Source: Gnetum montanum
Lineage: Eukaryota; Plantae; Gnetophyta
Reading direction: 5' to 3'
DNA: 64,000 nt
Assembly (NCBI GenBank): GCA_015680685.1
Contig: MNCI01000001.1
Coordinates: 440,524-504,523 of the forward strand
Shown here piece after piece: positions 52,275 to 64,000 of this stretch. Position numbers and translations under genes: made by a program. How positions within the stretch are numbered: the stretch's first letter is position 1; the number at the start of each line of letters is the position of its first letter. The notes under the pieces were generated by a model. The model was not told the origin of the DNA and did not search any database. It saw only the letters and a list, made by a program, of their open reading frames with translations.

Positions 52275-53820
52275 AGATGAAAACTCTAGAATTTTGATAA
52301 AATTTAATGAAAATATGTAATAATTTATTTACCAGAATCATGTTCTTCAAAATACAAGCTAATCATAAGTCATGATCTTTAAAAATAATGAAAAATTCAA
52401 ATATGACGATACCACAAGTAGAACAAAAGAGCATCATGATTTATGGTCTAATAAAATAGTCAAACATTTGAAATTAAGAATATCATGAATCATGCTATGT
52501 TTATGGAGTTTCATGGTATTTTCAAGATGATCTAACCATGGGTCATGGTGGAAAAATAATTTTTATTGGGTTAGATTTGGAAGCCTATAACTCCCTTATT
52601 ATTTGGAATTTTAAGGTGAACTTATACCTATTTGAAAGCTCTTGATGGGATCTACCTACGTACAAAATTTTAGTTGGATTGAAGTTCATTTAGTTAGCTA
52701 AATTTCACTTGAAAAATGTCATTCTAAACTATTTAATTTTATGGGAATAGTTCAACACGTGTCTTGAAAATCATATCACAAGTCATTGTTGACAACCATG
52801 GATCATGGTTAATGATTTTATTGAATATGAGTAGTGGTGACCTTGTAGTTTGACACTAATAAAACCACAAGCTGACCATAAGGCATGATGTGTTTTTTAA
52901 GGATACCATGAGTTGAATAGAAAAAATCAGATTTTAAGGAATTTGGGCTTAGAATTTTTTTAAAAAATTTGATCCTTGATGTTGTATAAAGTCTTTGAAT
53001 AATCAATAATGATAATTGAATAAATCAAATTAAATTTATCATTAATTTAAATTAAATAATATTGATGATCTTTGGGCTTCCAAACATGAATGCTAAATAT
53101 ATTATGTAGCAAATTTGATTGAGATACTTTGATGATATTGTTAATGTTAATGAGTTGATGATGAGATGAAGTAAGAAATTTTCAATGAGATTATTGATAA
53201 AAGTTAAAATTTTTGGAAATGATGAATTGTTAATAAAATAATTATAAGTAAAAAACATTAATGAGTTGAATGATAAAATTGATGAAAAACTAATGAACTA
53301 ATGGATTAAATTTCATCAGCAAAATAATCTAATTATTGAAGCATCTTGTAAAATATATTAATAGGTAATTAATGGGGCCATAATGGTATATAATGAGATA
53401 ACCATTTTTAATGGAAAATGAGCTAAAAATTGAAGAAACATGAGAGATTGGGGTCATTATTTAATTACACTCAACTGACAATATTTTATAAAACAGGAAA
53501 AGAAAAAATAAATGGAATTCCCTATTTTATCCTATTTGTTATAAGAATTCAAATATAAATTACATGAATTTTGTTTCTATGTTACAAAAATTCTATTTTA
53601 TTAACACTTGATCTTTCATCTTGTACTTTGTCTTATCTTAACTTTGAATTTTACCTTTTGTCTTCATACTTCTAATTGACTTTGGTGCATTTCCATATGT
53701 AAATATGACCTTCTATTACCTTTAACTTTAGTGTGTTAAATTTATTTCTCTTTCTCATTGAAATTCATAACATAGCCATGAAAATTGAATGATGTATAAT
53801 TGTTCATGATGCATGCTAAA
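52275..53820. repeat. ~1.55-kb diverged direct repeat, copy 1
   Basis: Collinear with 56965-58500 (e.g. accttgtagttt, gatctttgg.cttccaaa, attaatgagttgaatgat, tgcatttccatatgtaaatat). Confidence 0.85.
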
Positions 53821-56800
53821 ACTAATAATACCTCCTTTAGGATGCACTTTTGAGTCATTTAACTAATCTTTAATAGTTTTTGAAAAATGGTTAATAAAAT
53901 TCATGACTATTGTTCTTGGTTGGTAATATTTCTATTGATTTTGGCCCCTACAATTTGTCTTGACTACTTCTTTCCTCTTCATTATTTCAATATTTTAATG
54001 ATGTAATGTGTGTTCTTTTAGTTTCTTGATGACATATTGAATTTGATGGAGGTGTGTTACTATTCTTACTTTTTTTGTGATTGTATTTTGGAGTATTTTA
54101 TTTCATAAATTTGAGGTCTAATATTTCTTCATTAAATGAATTTTAAAACCACATCTAAATCTTCGATATCCTCTATTTTCTTCTCCTTTGTTGAAGGCAT
54201 ATTTTGTTTTTTAAACTTGCTTGAATTAGTATGAATTATTAATCATGAAATAGATTCTAAATAATAAATATAATTTTGAAACTTTTTAAACTTTTCTGTT
54301 ATATTATCTTGATAAAAATGATATAAAGGTCATTTTAAATATTATATCATACTGATCATTTATCAATTAAGTTGTTGATAGAAGTGATTTTTGAAGATTT
54401 GACACATAAAAAACATCTCTAATTTCAAAATGACTTTAATCTTTCAAATTATGTTTATTGTAGAAGTTTTAATTATTTCAAAATATCTTCCATATATAAA
54501 ATAAATTTTGTTAAGGTCATGTCACATTCTAAAATTTATGTTAGAAAAATTATAAAAATTACTTAATTGTATGAGAAACAAAACTTATTTTTCTTAATAG
54601 ATCCTTAAACTACTTAAATGCTTATCAAACCTCAAAATCACGTCACCTAGAAACTTAATTACTTCAAATTTATTTTAGAATTCATGTTACATATAAATAT
54701 ACACTTAGTTCTCCTTATCACATGAATAAAAATTTAATGGAAATTCAAATTTCATTATCCATAATACAAATCCATAACATGACCATCAAAACAACAATAT
54801 TACATAAAGGAATTAGCTATTAAGTGATGTTAGTTCTTCTTCCAGCTTCACCTTGATGTCCTCTAAAGATTTTTGCTAAATTTTCATGAAACACATGTAG
54901 GAAGGAAAAGTATACCTTACTGTAGATGAGAACAACATGAAAGCTCCTTGAAGTAAGATTAGAAGATGAGGCCCAAACTACCAAAATATATTGTTAGTGC
55001 CAAAACACATACAATTAATCATAAATGTATGAAGTAATCCTAAAGATGCTCTTAAAAGTAATGTTTCCATATGATTTCTAGCATCAAACAATAGGATAAC
55101 TACAAGGTTAATACCAACTAAAACTAGCCCTCATGCAAGATAAGAAAAACTATTGGATTATAAATCCTAATCCATGTCCAGAACAATTGTTGGATTATTT
55201 TATGGCTAACAATAGTTCTATGGCTATACTAAGGTCCTAATGTCTCACATCAATCTAATTTGACATGATATTGACTAACTTTAATCTTCAGAATAACATG
55301 TTAGTCTACAATTTCACAAACACTTATCATTGACAACAAGTTACGTATTAGTAGTCTCTAAACATTGCATTGATTATGTTCTCTTAAATGATTACTCAAG
55401 TGTTTCCAACATATTCAACATGTCTATACATATTTGATATTTCTACTAGTTAATATCATGAAAACATGTTGTTTCTACCTAACATTGAGATAATTGCATC
55501 ACTTTTGAAAATGCACAAAAAATGCATAGCAACTTTAGTTATAATCCCCATAAGTCACTATGTAGGTAATGAGGATAAAAATATTGTCATCACAACCACT
55601 AAGAGGAGATGTCATAATAGAAAGATCAACTCAATACACAAAGTAGAAAGTCATGAAAATGACAAATTACAAAATGATTATAAAAAACCAAGGTTAGATT
55701 TGTAATACATTCAAGATAATTAGTTCGGCAATGCAAGCCTTCATAAAAGAAAAGTAAATATGAGAAGGTAATATACTTTTCAAAATTAATAAAATCAAGA
55801 ATATTTCTTCTACCTTAATAAATTATTCACCAAATATTTTCCAAGCAAAAATAGGTTCAAATCTAGAAATCACTAAGTAATATGCCAAGCACAACCATGA
55901 GCAAAAGAATGAAAGAGAGAGAAATGCATAATTAATACCAAGAGAGCTAACATTATCAAGTATTTATATCCTTAAGAGATAGGATTTTGGTAATTCCAAA
56001 AAATAAGAATTAATAATTATTTTCTAAAAATAAGATAACATGTATTCACAAAGAGTCCAATAGTCAACCAATGAATTAAAGANAATATCAAAAAATATAA
56101 TATTATACTTAAATAACAAGCATAAAAATAGATAACAAAGCAAAGTTTCCAAGTTATAAACACTAAGGTATTATAGGCTATTTATGAATATGACATCAAT
56201 AAAGTTTTATATTCTTAATGCCATGTGGTTTGTGTAACCACTTCCTAGTGGCAACATATTGAAATAAATTTGATTTTTTGAGTGAAAGAATGCATGAAAT
56301 ATTATTTTCTCTTTCTCCTATTAACCATTCTTCTTTTCTTGAACCTTACCTTTTTTTTAATATAGTCATTTATAATTTGTGTTTTATGTTAAAGTATTCA
56401 TCTTTTGTATGTGCCTTTACATTGAGTTTTGAATGCTTCAAATCTTCTTGAATTTTTCTTTTTTATGATTTCTTGTAAATTTAATTTTGATTTTAAGTAA
56501 TCTCTAATTTTCATTTAAGTCTTACTTGTCTCTTTATTTCTTCAATATGAGGTTTCCTACTTGACTTCTTGAAGCTTTTATATTTTCTTGATTTTTAGTT
56601 GTACACTCTTTATCTTGATATTTTTCTTGAATATACTATCATATGTTTTTGCTAGTCTTCATGATTGAAATTGTATTTCTAAATTTGTTACATATTGAAT
56701 TGCAAATGATACCTCCTACCATGTCACCTTATTTTGCCACATTTTAGAATTTCTTATTCAAGCTTTGGTATATATACCTTAGTTTTAGAATGTCCTTTTC

Positions 56801-56964
56801 TACAATATCTTGACATCATTAAAATCCAATAAATCCTTTATCAAGCATTACCATAAGCTTTAGTGACATCATGATAGTTGAACATCTTGAATAAATTTTA
56901 CTTTGATCTACCATGACTTCAACCTTAAGCTCTTATATTAATGTTTAAGATTTGGAGAATGAAT

Positions 56965-58500
56965 TCCTTGATGGAAGCTCTAGAATTAAGATAAAATTTG
57001 ATGAAAATTTTCAAAAATTTATTTATCATGAGTCAAGATCTTCAAACTATGAGTTGACCAAATTTCATGATCTACAAAAATAAATTTTTTAAAAAATCAA
57101 ATCTCATAATACTATAAGTGTACCACAAGGACACCATGAATTGTGGTTAGATAAAATAGTTAAAAATTTTGAGATTGAGGATATCACAAATCGTATTATA
57201 TTTGCTATGAAGTAATCATGGATCATGGTTTAAAATGTATATTTTGAATCAAATTTGAAAGCATGAAAATATGTTATTATTTTGAGTTTTAAGATCTTGG
57301 AGTCATTGAAAATGTTTTGAAAAGATTTTTCTGCATTAAAAATTTTAACTTAATTAAACTTCATTTAGTTGATCAAATTTGATCTAGAAAAATGTCACTT
57401 TGAACTATTTAATTTTGTCAAAATAATTCACTGTAGATATTGGGAAAATACTAGAAGTCGTAGTTAATAATCAAAATTTGTAGTTGAGTTATGATTAATG
57501 ATTTTAATAATCATGAGTGATGATAACCTTGTAGTTTAAAACTAACAAGACCACAAACTAACCATGAGTCATCATCTATTTTTGAGGATACCAAAAGTCA
57601 TGGTTAGGTCATAGTGAAATGAAAAAAATAAAATTTTGAAGAATTTGAAGTTTGAATTTCAAAACAAGTTTGATTCTTAATATCATTAGAAGTCTCTAAA
57701 TAGTTTATAATGATAAATCAAAAAATTTGAATTGAATTTATAGCCACCATTTTAAATTATAAAATCTTGTTGATCTTTGGACTTCCAAAATTGAATGCTA
57801 AACCTATTTTACAATAGATTTGGTTGATATACATTGATAATATTATTGATGATAATGATCTCATGATGAGATGAAGTGAAAAATTATTAATGATTTTGTT
57901 GAGTATAGTTGGAATTGTTAGAAATGACAAATAATAAGTGAAAAATATTAATGAGTTGAATGATGAAATTGATGAAAAATTAATGATGGAGGAAATTTTA
58001 TGATCAAAATAATCCTACTGCTGAATCATCTTGTACAATATATTTTATCCATATATTTATAGCCAATTAATAAGGTCACAATGATATATGATGGGACAAA
58101 TATTTTTTCATGACAAATAAGGTATAAATTGAAGGAACATGAGACATTGGAGTCATTATTTCATTATATCTATTCAAAAATATTTTATAAAAGAGAAAAT
58201 AAATGAAATTTCCTAATTTTTCATATTTTGATATGAGAATTCAAATATAAATTAAATGGATTGTATTCCTATGTTTCAAAAAATTCTATTATATCTTCAC
58301 TTAATCTTTCATCTTGTACCTTGTCTTTTCATAAACTTTGAATTTTGCATTTTGTCTTCATACTTCTATTGGACATTGATGCATTTCCATATGTAAATAT
58401 AGCCTTCTATCATTTTGAACTTTGGCTTATTGAATTCATTTCTTCTTCTAGTTTAAAATCCACAACATTGACATAAAAATTAAGTGAGGTATGATTGTCT
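56965..58500. repeat. ~1.55-kb diverged direct repeat, copy 2
   Basis: See copy 1. Confidence 0.85.
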
Positions 58501-58849
58501 AAAGTGTAAGCTAGAATCAAAACCTTATTGGGATGTCTTACTTAAAGAAGGATATCCCACTCAGTAAGACCTATGCATAGGGTAACATTCCACCTATATT
58601 GAAATTTGTTTTTGGGAACATGTTTGAATAGTTAAATGTCTCAAAAGTCATTCATAAGAGATAGAGAAAAAAAGATAAATGGAAAAGAAAGAATAAAATA
58701 AAATAAAATAAAAATAAAACATAAATTTTAACTACTCTATGGTACTAGCTAAGAGAAAATTTACCTTCACTTATGTGGTTAGGAATGATTCCAAATTGAA
58801 ATTATGTAGAAATGATGTAGGGTTAATTTCTTTTTATTTTTTCTTGCTT

Positions 58850-60317
58850 TTACATGAGGTCCTCTACTCTTTCTTTCTAGATTTATTGGTGCATTTTTTT
58901 CATATATGTGATTGATCTTCACCTTCATGTTGTTTCTCTTTACCAGTCTCCTTTAAATATCCATCTTTTTATCGTATAATCCTATAAGATATTATTGCCT
59001 TGTCTCTTCTTATAAATCAAAAGATACATGTCATAAAATTTAATATTTTTGGATTGACATGTCCAACTTGATGGTAATGAATTTAAACTTTGAATCTAAC
59101 AAATCTTGAAGGAAAGAAATAATTATACTTATATTATGTTTCTTTTGGTTCATGAGAGAGGCTAGACATGGTGGGTTTGTATTCAAGAAAACTCTTGTTA
59201 TTAGGATTTTTTCCTTATTGTAGCATACAATTTAGTGATACCTTACTAAGGATATATTTTTTAGCAATATATCTTTTCCATTTAACCTTATTTTATAATT
59301 CTTCAACTAGTTTCCTAAGTAACATAATTTTTGTTAGAAACAAGATGTTAAACTTTTATGCTTCTATTTCTTATGATCTTGTAACTTTAGAGGTTATTTA
59401 AATTCACTAGTTTAGTAATATTGGCTATTTAACTTTAGAGGGCCATGATTTCACTTGTTAAGGTCAAATAAGAGTTCTTCTTATGTTTGAACTCTAGCCA
59501 ACCTTGGTGAGTTTTCTCTTAATTTTGAGATTTATTTATTACAATTTAACAAAATTTTATTTGTGACATTCATATATTTTTCATATGATGCTAATCTCTC
59601 TCTCATCACTTGAATATCCATCATTTTCTTAAGTCAAAGTTGCAATAGCTATGCATTCAAGATGGAAGTTGGAAGTTGGAAGTATCACCTTGTTCCACCT
59701 CTACATCACTTGTGTCTTCCTCTTTATCAAATTTTTTGTAAGGGATTTTTCTTTTTCTTTTATCTTGACCTCATATTAAAATCTCTTGTTACTTGAACAT
59801 TTTGATAAAGGATGTCATCATCCATTGCATGATTAACATATGATTTTTATAATTTTAGTAGAGAAACTAGGCCTTCAAATCTCACTTGTGGCTTTCCTCT
59901 TGGCTATCTATTTCTAGGACTTTTTCTTTTTTCTTTGAGCTAGTGGGTGATTATTTTGATAATGCTTCTAGTAAGAATCACTATCTCAAGATCATCTCAA
60001 TCATCATTACTATTATATAGGGAGGTCTCAACTTGTGTCTTCTTCACCTTCTCTTCTAGGGCTTGGCTGGAAGATAGTATAATAGAATCATATTTTTGCA
60101 CTTCTTCCTCAATGAGTATCATCTCATGATCCATGAGAGTACTTTAGAGTTCTTCAAATTTTAAGGCATCAAAGCTTCTCATCTCTTCCGTAGTTACAAT
60201 CTTCATATTTTATTCAAGGTTAAGAGTTTTAGTAATTTTATAAACAACTTTGCTCTTGAAAGCTCTTTACCTATCCCTCTAACAGAACTTACAAGATCAC
60301 ATACTTGATTAAAGTAT
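58850..60317 (-). mobile_element. Ty1/copia (SIRE-like) gag remnant, interrupted by the caulimovirid sequence
   Basis: YFNQVCDLVSSVRGIGKELSRAKVVYKITKTL..KIVTTEEMRSFDALKFEEL*STLMDHE (60125-60317, UBN2-type gag) and a zinc-knuckle remnant (~59050-59085). Confidence 0.75.
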
Positions 60318-60490
60318 TGAAGGACTTGTAGACTCCAAAATGCTTCGATGAGCATCTAGACTACAATAGAAATTACAATGACAACATTGGTTACTCAGAT
60401 AATCAACAAGAACTATCACTCATTCTAAAGACACTACACTACACAATGATTGCCTCTCATTCTCCCTTGCCTCTAGTAAGGAGGGAACAA

Positions 60491-60503
60491 CCTTATTTAT
60501 AGG
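60491..60503 (-). promoter_or_regulatory. Putative TATA box of the viral pregenomic promoter
   Basis: CCTATAAATAAGG on the minus strand, downstream of the last viral ORF, where caulimovirid promoters lie. Confidence 0.55.
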
Positions 60504-60619
60504 ACTCCTAACTCATGAGACTTGGCATGCAAGCCAAGCTACTTACAACTGGTGACAACTAGTTATGATGCTTATTTGTTTGACATGTTGTCCTCTTTTA
60601 ACCTTTTGACATGTTGTGC

Positions 60620-61250
60620 TTATCTGATGGCCTTAAGGATGGCTTTGTGTACCACACAAATTTTCCCATGCACTTTTGCACAATCGTTGCAATCCTTTAT
60701 TAATTTTAATAACTCCTCCAAGATTTCTAATGCCAATGTTGACAAGGATGCTTCATTCATTGGAGGCTTTTTGGGCACTACATTTTCATTCTCGTACCAT
60801 GTAAGATTCTGGTATAGGTTGATGTGCTGGAAGGAGGTACATAGCTTGTTTTCCCATTCATGGCTCTATAGTAGCTCATGAAAGAAATTCCTAGCTGATT
60901 GGTTGGCAAAAAAAGCTTAGCAAATTAATAGAATATTATATAAAACTTCCATGATGGTGAGATGTTGTAGTAGAAGTGGCTCCAAATGAGTCCATTAGAG
61001 ATTGTTAACAACATAATCGATCCTTCCTGCCATGTTTATGAAGAAGTCTAGGGTGGCATACTACTTTGAGATACTCATGGTAGAATCTTGTAGAAATAGC
61101 TGATTCAATTATCGACACCATTTTACTCAATCTTCCAAAGTTTGCACAAGCCACATTTTCTAATCATCTTTGTCCTAATTTGGATTTTGAGAATACCTTG
61201 GAGAGCTTTCATCTAACCTTTCTGGCTAGAGCATATTATTTTATAACATC
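60620..61250 (-). pseudogene. Caulimovirid terminal ORF of unknown function
   Basis: C-terminus ...LALEILEELLKLIKDCNDCAKVHGKICVVHKAILKAIR*, stop at 60620-60622. Interrupted upstream by stops. Confidence 0.6.
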
Positions 61251-64000
61251 TTCAATTCTCTCATTAGAGCATTTGGAAGGTGGTTTTCCACTCTTGGAAT
61301 TTGTTCAATTGAAAACTGATATGGGGCTAACAGAAATTGCCACCATGCGAACCTTTGAAGCTATGGTGATGGTGAAATTCTCCTTTTTAGTAGAGTAGCC
61401 AAATTTCTTGAATCTATCCTTAGAATGAAGGGTTCTTCAATAAGATAAACATGGAACTTTTCTATCCCTTTGATGGCTACTAAAATTTCCTTTTCTGCTA
61501 GTTAGTAATTCAACTCATTCTTGTGGAATGCTCTAGATGCGTAAGCACAAATCTCTTCTTCTTCTCATCACTTTCCTACTTTCAAAAGCACTACTACCCA
61601 TGTATCATAGCTAGCATCAATATTGAGGATGAAGGATCCATGAAAAAATGGAGATAATAGAGGGAGATTCTAGCATTCTTGCTTTAATTGCTGAACTTGT
61701 CTCATAGCCTTGAAATTCCAACTAAATGGTTCTTGATTCTTGCATTTTCGAATCTTTGTTGCTTTGTTTGAATGTTTTGGTATGTGGTAAGACACATAAT
61801 TTAGACATACTAGAAACTATAGACATTTTTCTTTGTCTACCAACTAGACTGGGAACATAGCGATTTTTTGCAGGACATGCATTTGCATGTGAATCTTTCC
61901 TTCCTTTAAAGTGACTCCCAAAAATTCTATCTCCATTCTTCCCACTTGAAACTTCTTTGGATCTACTGACAAATCTATTCCATGCTTTTGACATAAGTGA
62001 CCAAAAATCTTCAAGTGTTATGCATATTCTTCAACTAAATTAGAATATACCACAAAATCGTCAATGTAATTTGCGACAAAATCAAAAACTTGTCCAAAAA
62101 TTACATCCATCCATCTCTAAAACTGTGCTGACACATTCTTCAATCCGAAAGGCATAACCATCCATTCATATAAACCTTGAGGAGTGCTGAAAGTTGTCTT
62201 GTGATATCGTTTTCTACTATCTTTATTTGGTAATATATGCTCTTACAATCAAATTTACTAAAAATTCTTTTTTTTGCAACCTCCTAAATAAGGGCTTATC
62301 GATTTGGCAATAGCCATTTTACTTCGACTGTCACTGTGTTGAGAGGGATCTAGTTAATTATCATTCTATCATTTCCCCTTTTTATCTCTACATGATTTCT
62401 TACTATAAAACTTGTGCAAGCATAGTTGGACTAAGATTCTCTAATCAATCCTTGCTTCAAAAAGTCTTCAACCTAAACCCAAAGTTCTTCCGCATCTACA
62501 GGATTCAACACTATTGTCTTACTTTGGACTAGAATGTCATGTACTGTGGGAACGTAGGCTTCTAGATTATCTTTATCCCAAAATTGGAGGGGATGTTCAT
62601 AGCAACATTTTTTAAGTTCTTCTTCTACTAACAAGAGCATATGCGCTTCTCATTCTTTCATGTCGAACAAACTGGCCTTCATTAGCTTCTAGTGATTTTG
62701 ATATTTTAGCCTTGCAATCTCCTCTAGTTGATGTTGTGTGATGATTTCAAAGATTGACATATTGTTGAACCTGAATACACTTCTGATCTATTGATATTTG
62801 TTGTGGTGGAGCTCTGGTGGAATTCTACTAACAACTAGCTTCTACTTAGGCTTATCATTTGGATTAGAACAAACCAACAAATCTAATCCTACCGTGCACG
62901 GTGATAATGAATCCATGAAATGTGCCCCAATCCCTACATCAAAACCACTATCCAAAATTTTCACAAAATTGGTCTTACTAATGTATTCATCTCCAAATTG
63001 TACTAGCACATCAAAAGAAAAATGAGTCAACTACCTTACCCCATTCATTGTGTCCAACTTCATTGGGTTAGGATGAACGACCCAATTTTCTAACACATCT
63101 TTGTGACAAAAATTTAATGTTTCTTCTATGTCTATGAATGCTTGGTACTTTCTTCATTTTCATTTTCCATCAATAGCTATTTTGATTGGAATGATAATAA
63201 CACTGTGTAGAGACATCAAATGCTTAATCTGATGGTGTTGTTCAAGTGGGATTATAGATTTATCTTTGATTCTAGTGTGCTTAACTTCTGTTGATACAAG
63301 GAATCTTTTCTCATAAGGTGTGATCAAAAATTTTTGTGGAACTTTTTGTATGATTTGTAGTGATGGTTTTTCTTCCATTTATGAGCTCATGACTTCCGAA
63401 AAGCCTCCTGGAAGGGTTTCTTTGCAATGAAACACTGATGATAGACTTGCTTCTTCATCTACAAAATTGTTGATGGTGCGGTTGGACATTTGTTGTGTCA
63501 ACTAATCTACATATCCATCTAGGATGGAATACATTTCTTAATCATCTAACCAACTTTCAATCTCCACATAATCTTCCATGGTAAGATTCTAAATCCACTC
63601 TTCTATTGTTTCATCCCATTTTGATAGTGAATTTTTCATTATGAATCCATGAGATTCTATCTCTTCATTTTCCTTTTATTTAGTTTCTATCTCAGCTTGG
63701 ACTTCTTCACTATCATCATTCTCATCCATGCTTTCTGAATCTGAAAGAAACTAGATCTGATAAATCTACTCTGTTGGCTCCTCATCTTCAAGATTTTCCA
63801 CCGGTTCCCATTCTTCAAGATGTCTTTCATAAAATTCCTTCACCTTTGGATTTGACTTTTTCTGAGGGAACTCATGAGCATAATGACCATATTTTTTGCA
63901 ATGGTAACTGTTGGCGACCGTTTGGGACACGATCGCCAACGAGTGTCCTCGAACAGGATTTAGGTGCCTGCTGGTCTCTGGCAACACCAAGGCCCAGATA
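61250..64000 (-). pseudogene. Caulimovirid CP-AP-RT-RH coding region, disrupted
   Basis: Motifs as above in collinear order; RH ends IEQIPRVENHLPNALMRE at ~61255. Confidence 0.88.

Larger units (their letters stand above)
60318..64000 (-). mobile_element. Endogenous caulimovirid (plant pararetrovirus), decayed; continues beyond the window
   Basis: CP knuckle YHCKKYGHYAHEFP, acidic tract, protease (YQAFIDIEE), CCYEHPLQFWDKD, RT (FIVRNHVEIKRGNDRMIIN; IFSKFDCKS; GLYEWMVMPFGLKN; YIDD at 62057-62068) and RNase H (IDASYDTW; EEICAYAS; AEKEILVAIKGIEKF). No integrase follows. Confidence 0.9.

Noticed and set aside
60522-60881. 119-aa plus-strand ORF
   Set aside because: Antisense to the viral terminal ORF; no independent evidence.
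1-64000. Antisense orientation bias of intronic TEs
   Set aside because: Several elements are on the plus strand and numbers are too small.

Overview
Very AT-rich, CpG/CHG-depleted plant nuclear DNA, most likely from a large-genome vascular plant (inference). About 85-90% is nested, decayed retroelement sequence: three Athila/Tat-type Ty3/gypsy elements, several Ty1/copia remnants, a CRM-like gypsy, two LINEs and an endogenous caulimovirid (pararetrovirus) at the right end. Two small plus-strand exons, invisible in the ORF track, have canonical splice sites and read as the I-domain exon (19675-19738, INSILERYKRCS...) and the first K-box exon (27377-27441, ESQQVKLSKLHAKLMVLEKSIR) of a MIKC-type MADS-box gene. 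The whole window may therefore be intronic space of one MADS gene. A CpG-retaining island next to the I exon carries a tandemly duplicated perfect CArG box pair. Other highlights: a young pol-less gypsy with an internal LTR-like promoter and spliced extra ORF; a caulimovirid terminal ORF with a CxxC-x6-CxxH motif; and a LINE whose ORF1/EN motifs look atypical for plant L1/RTE. All translations were made by eye, no database searches were run, and coordinates of decayed elements are approximate.
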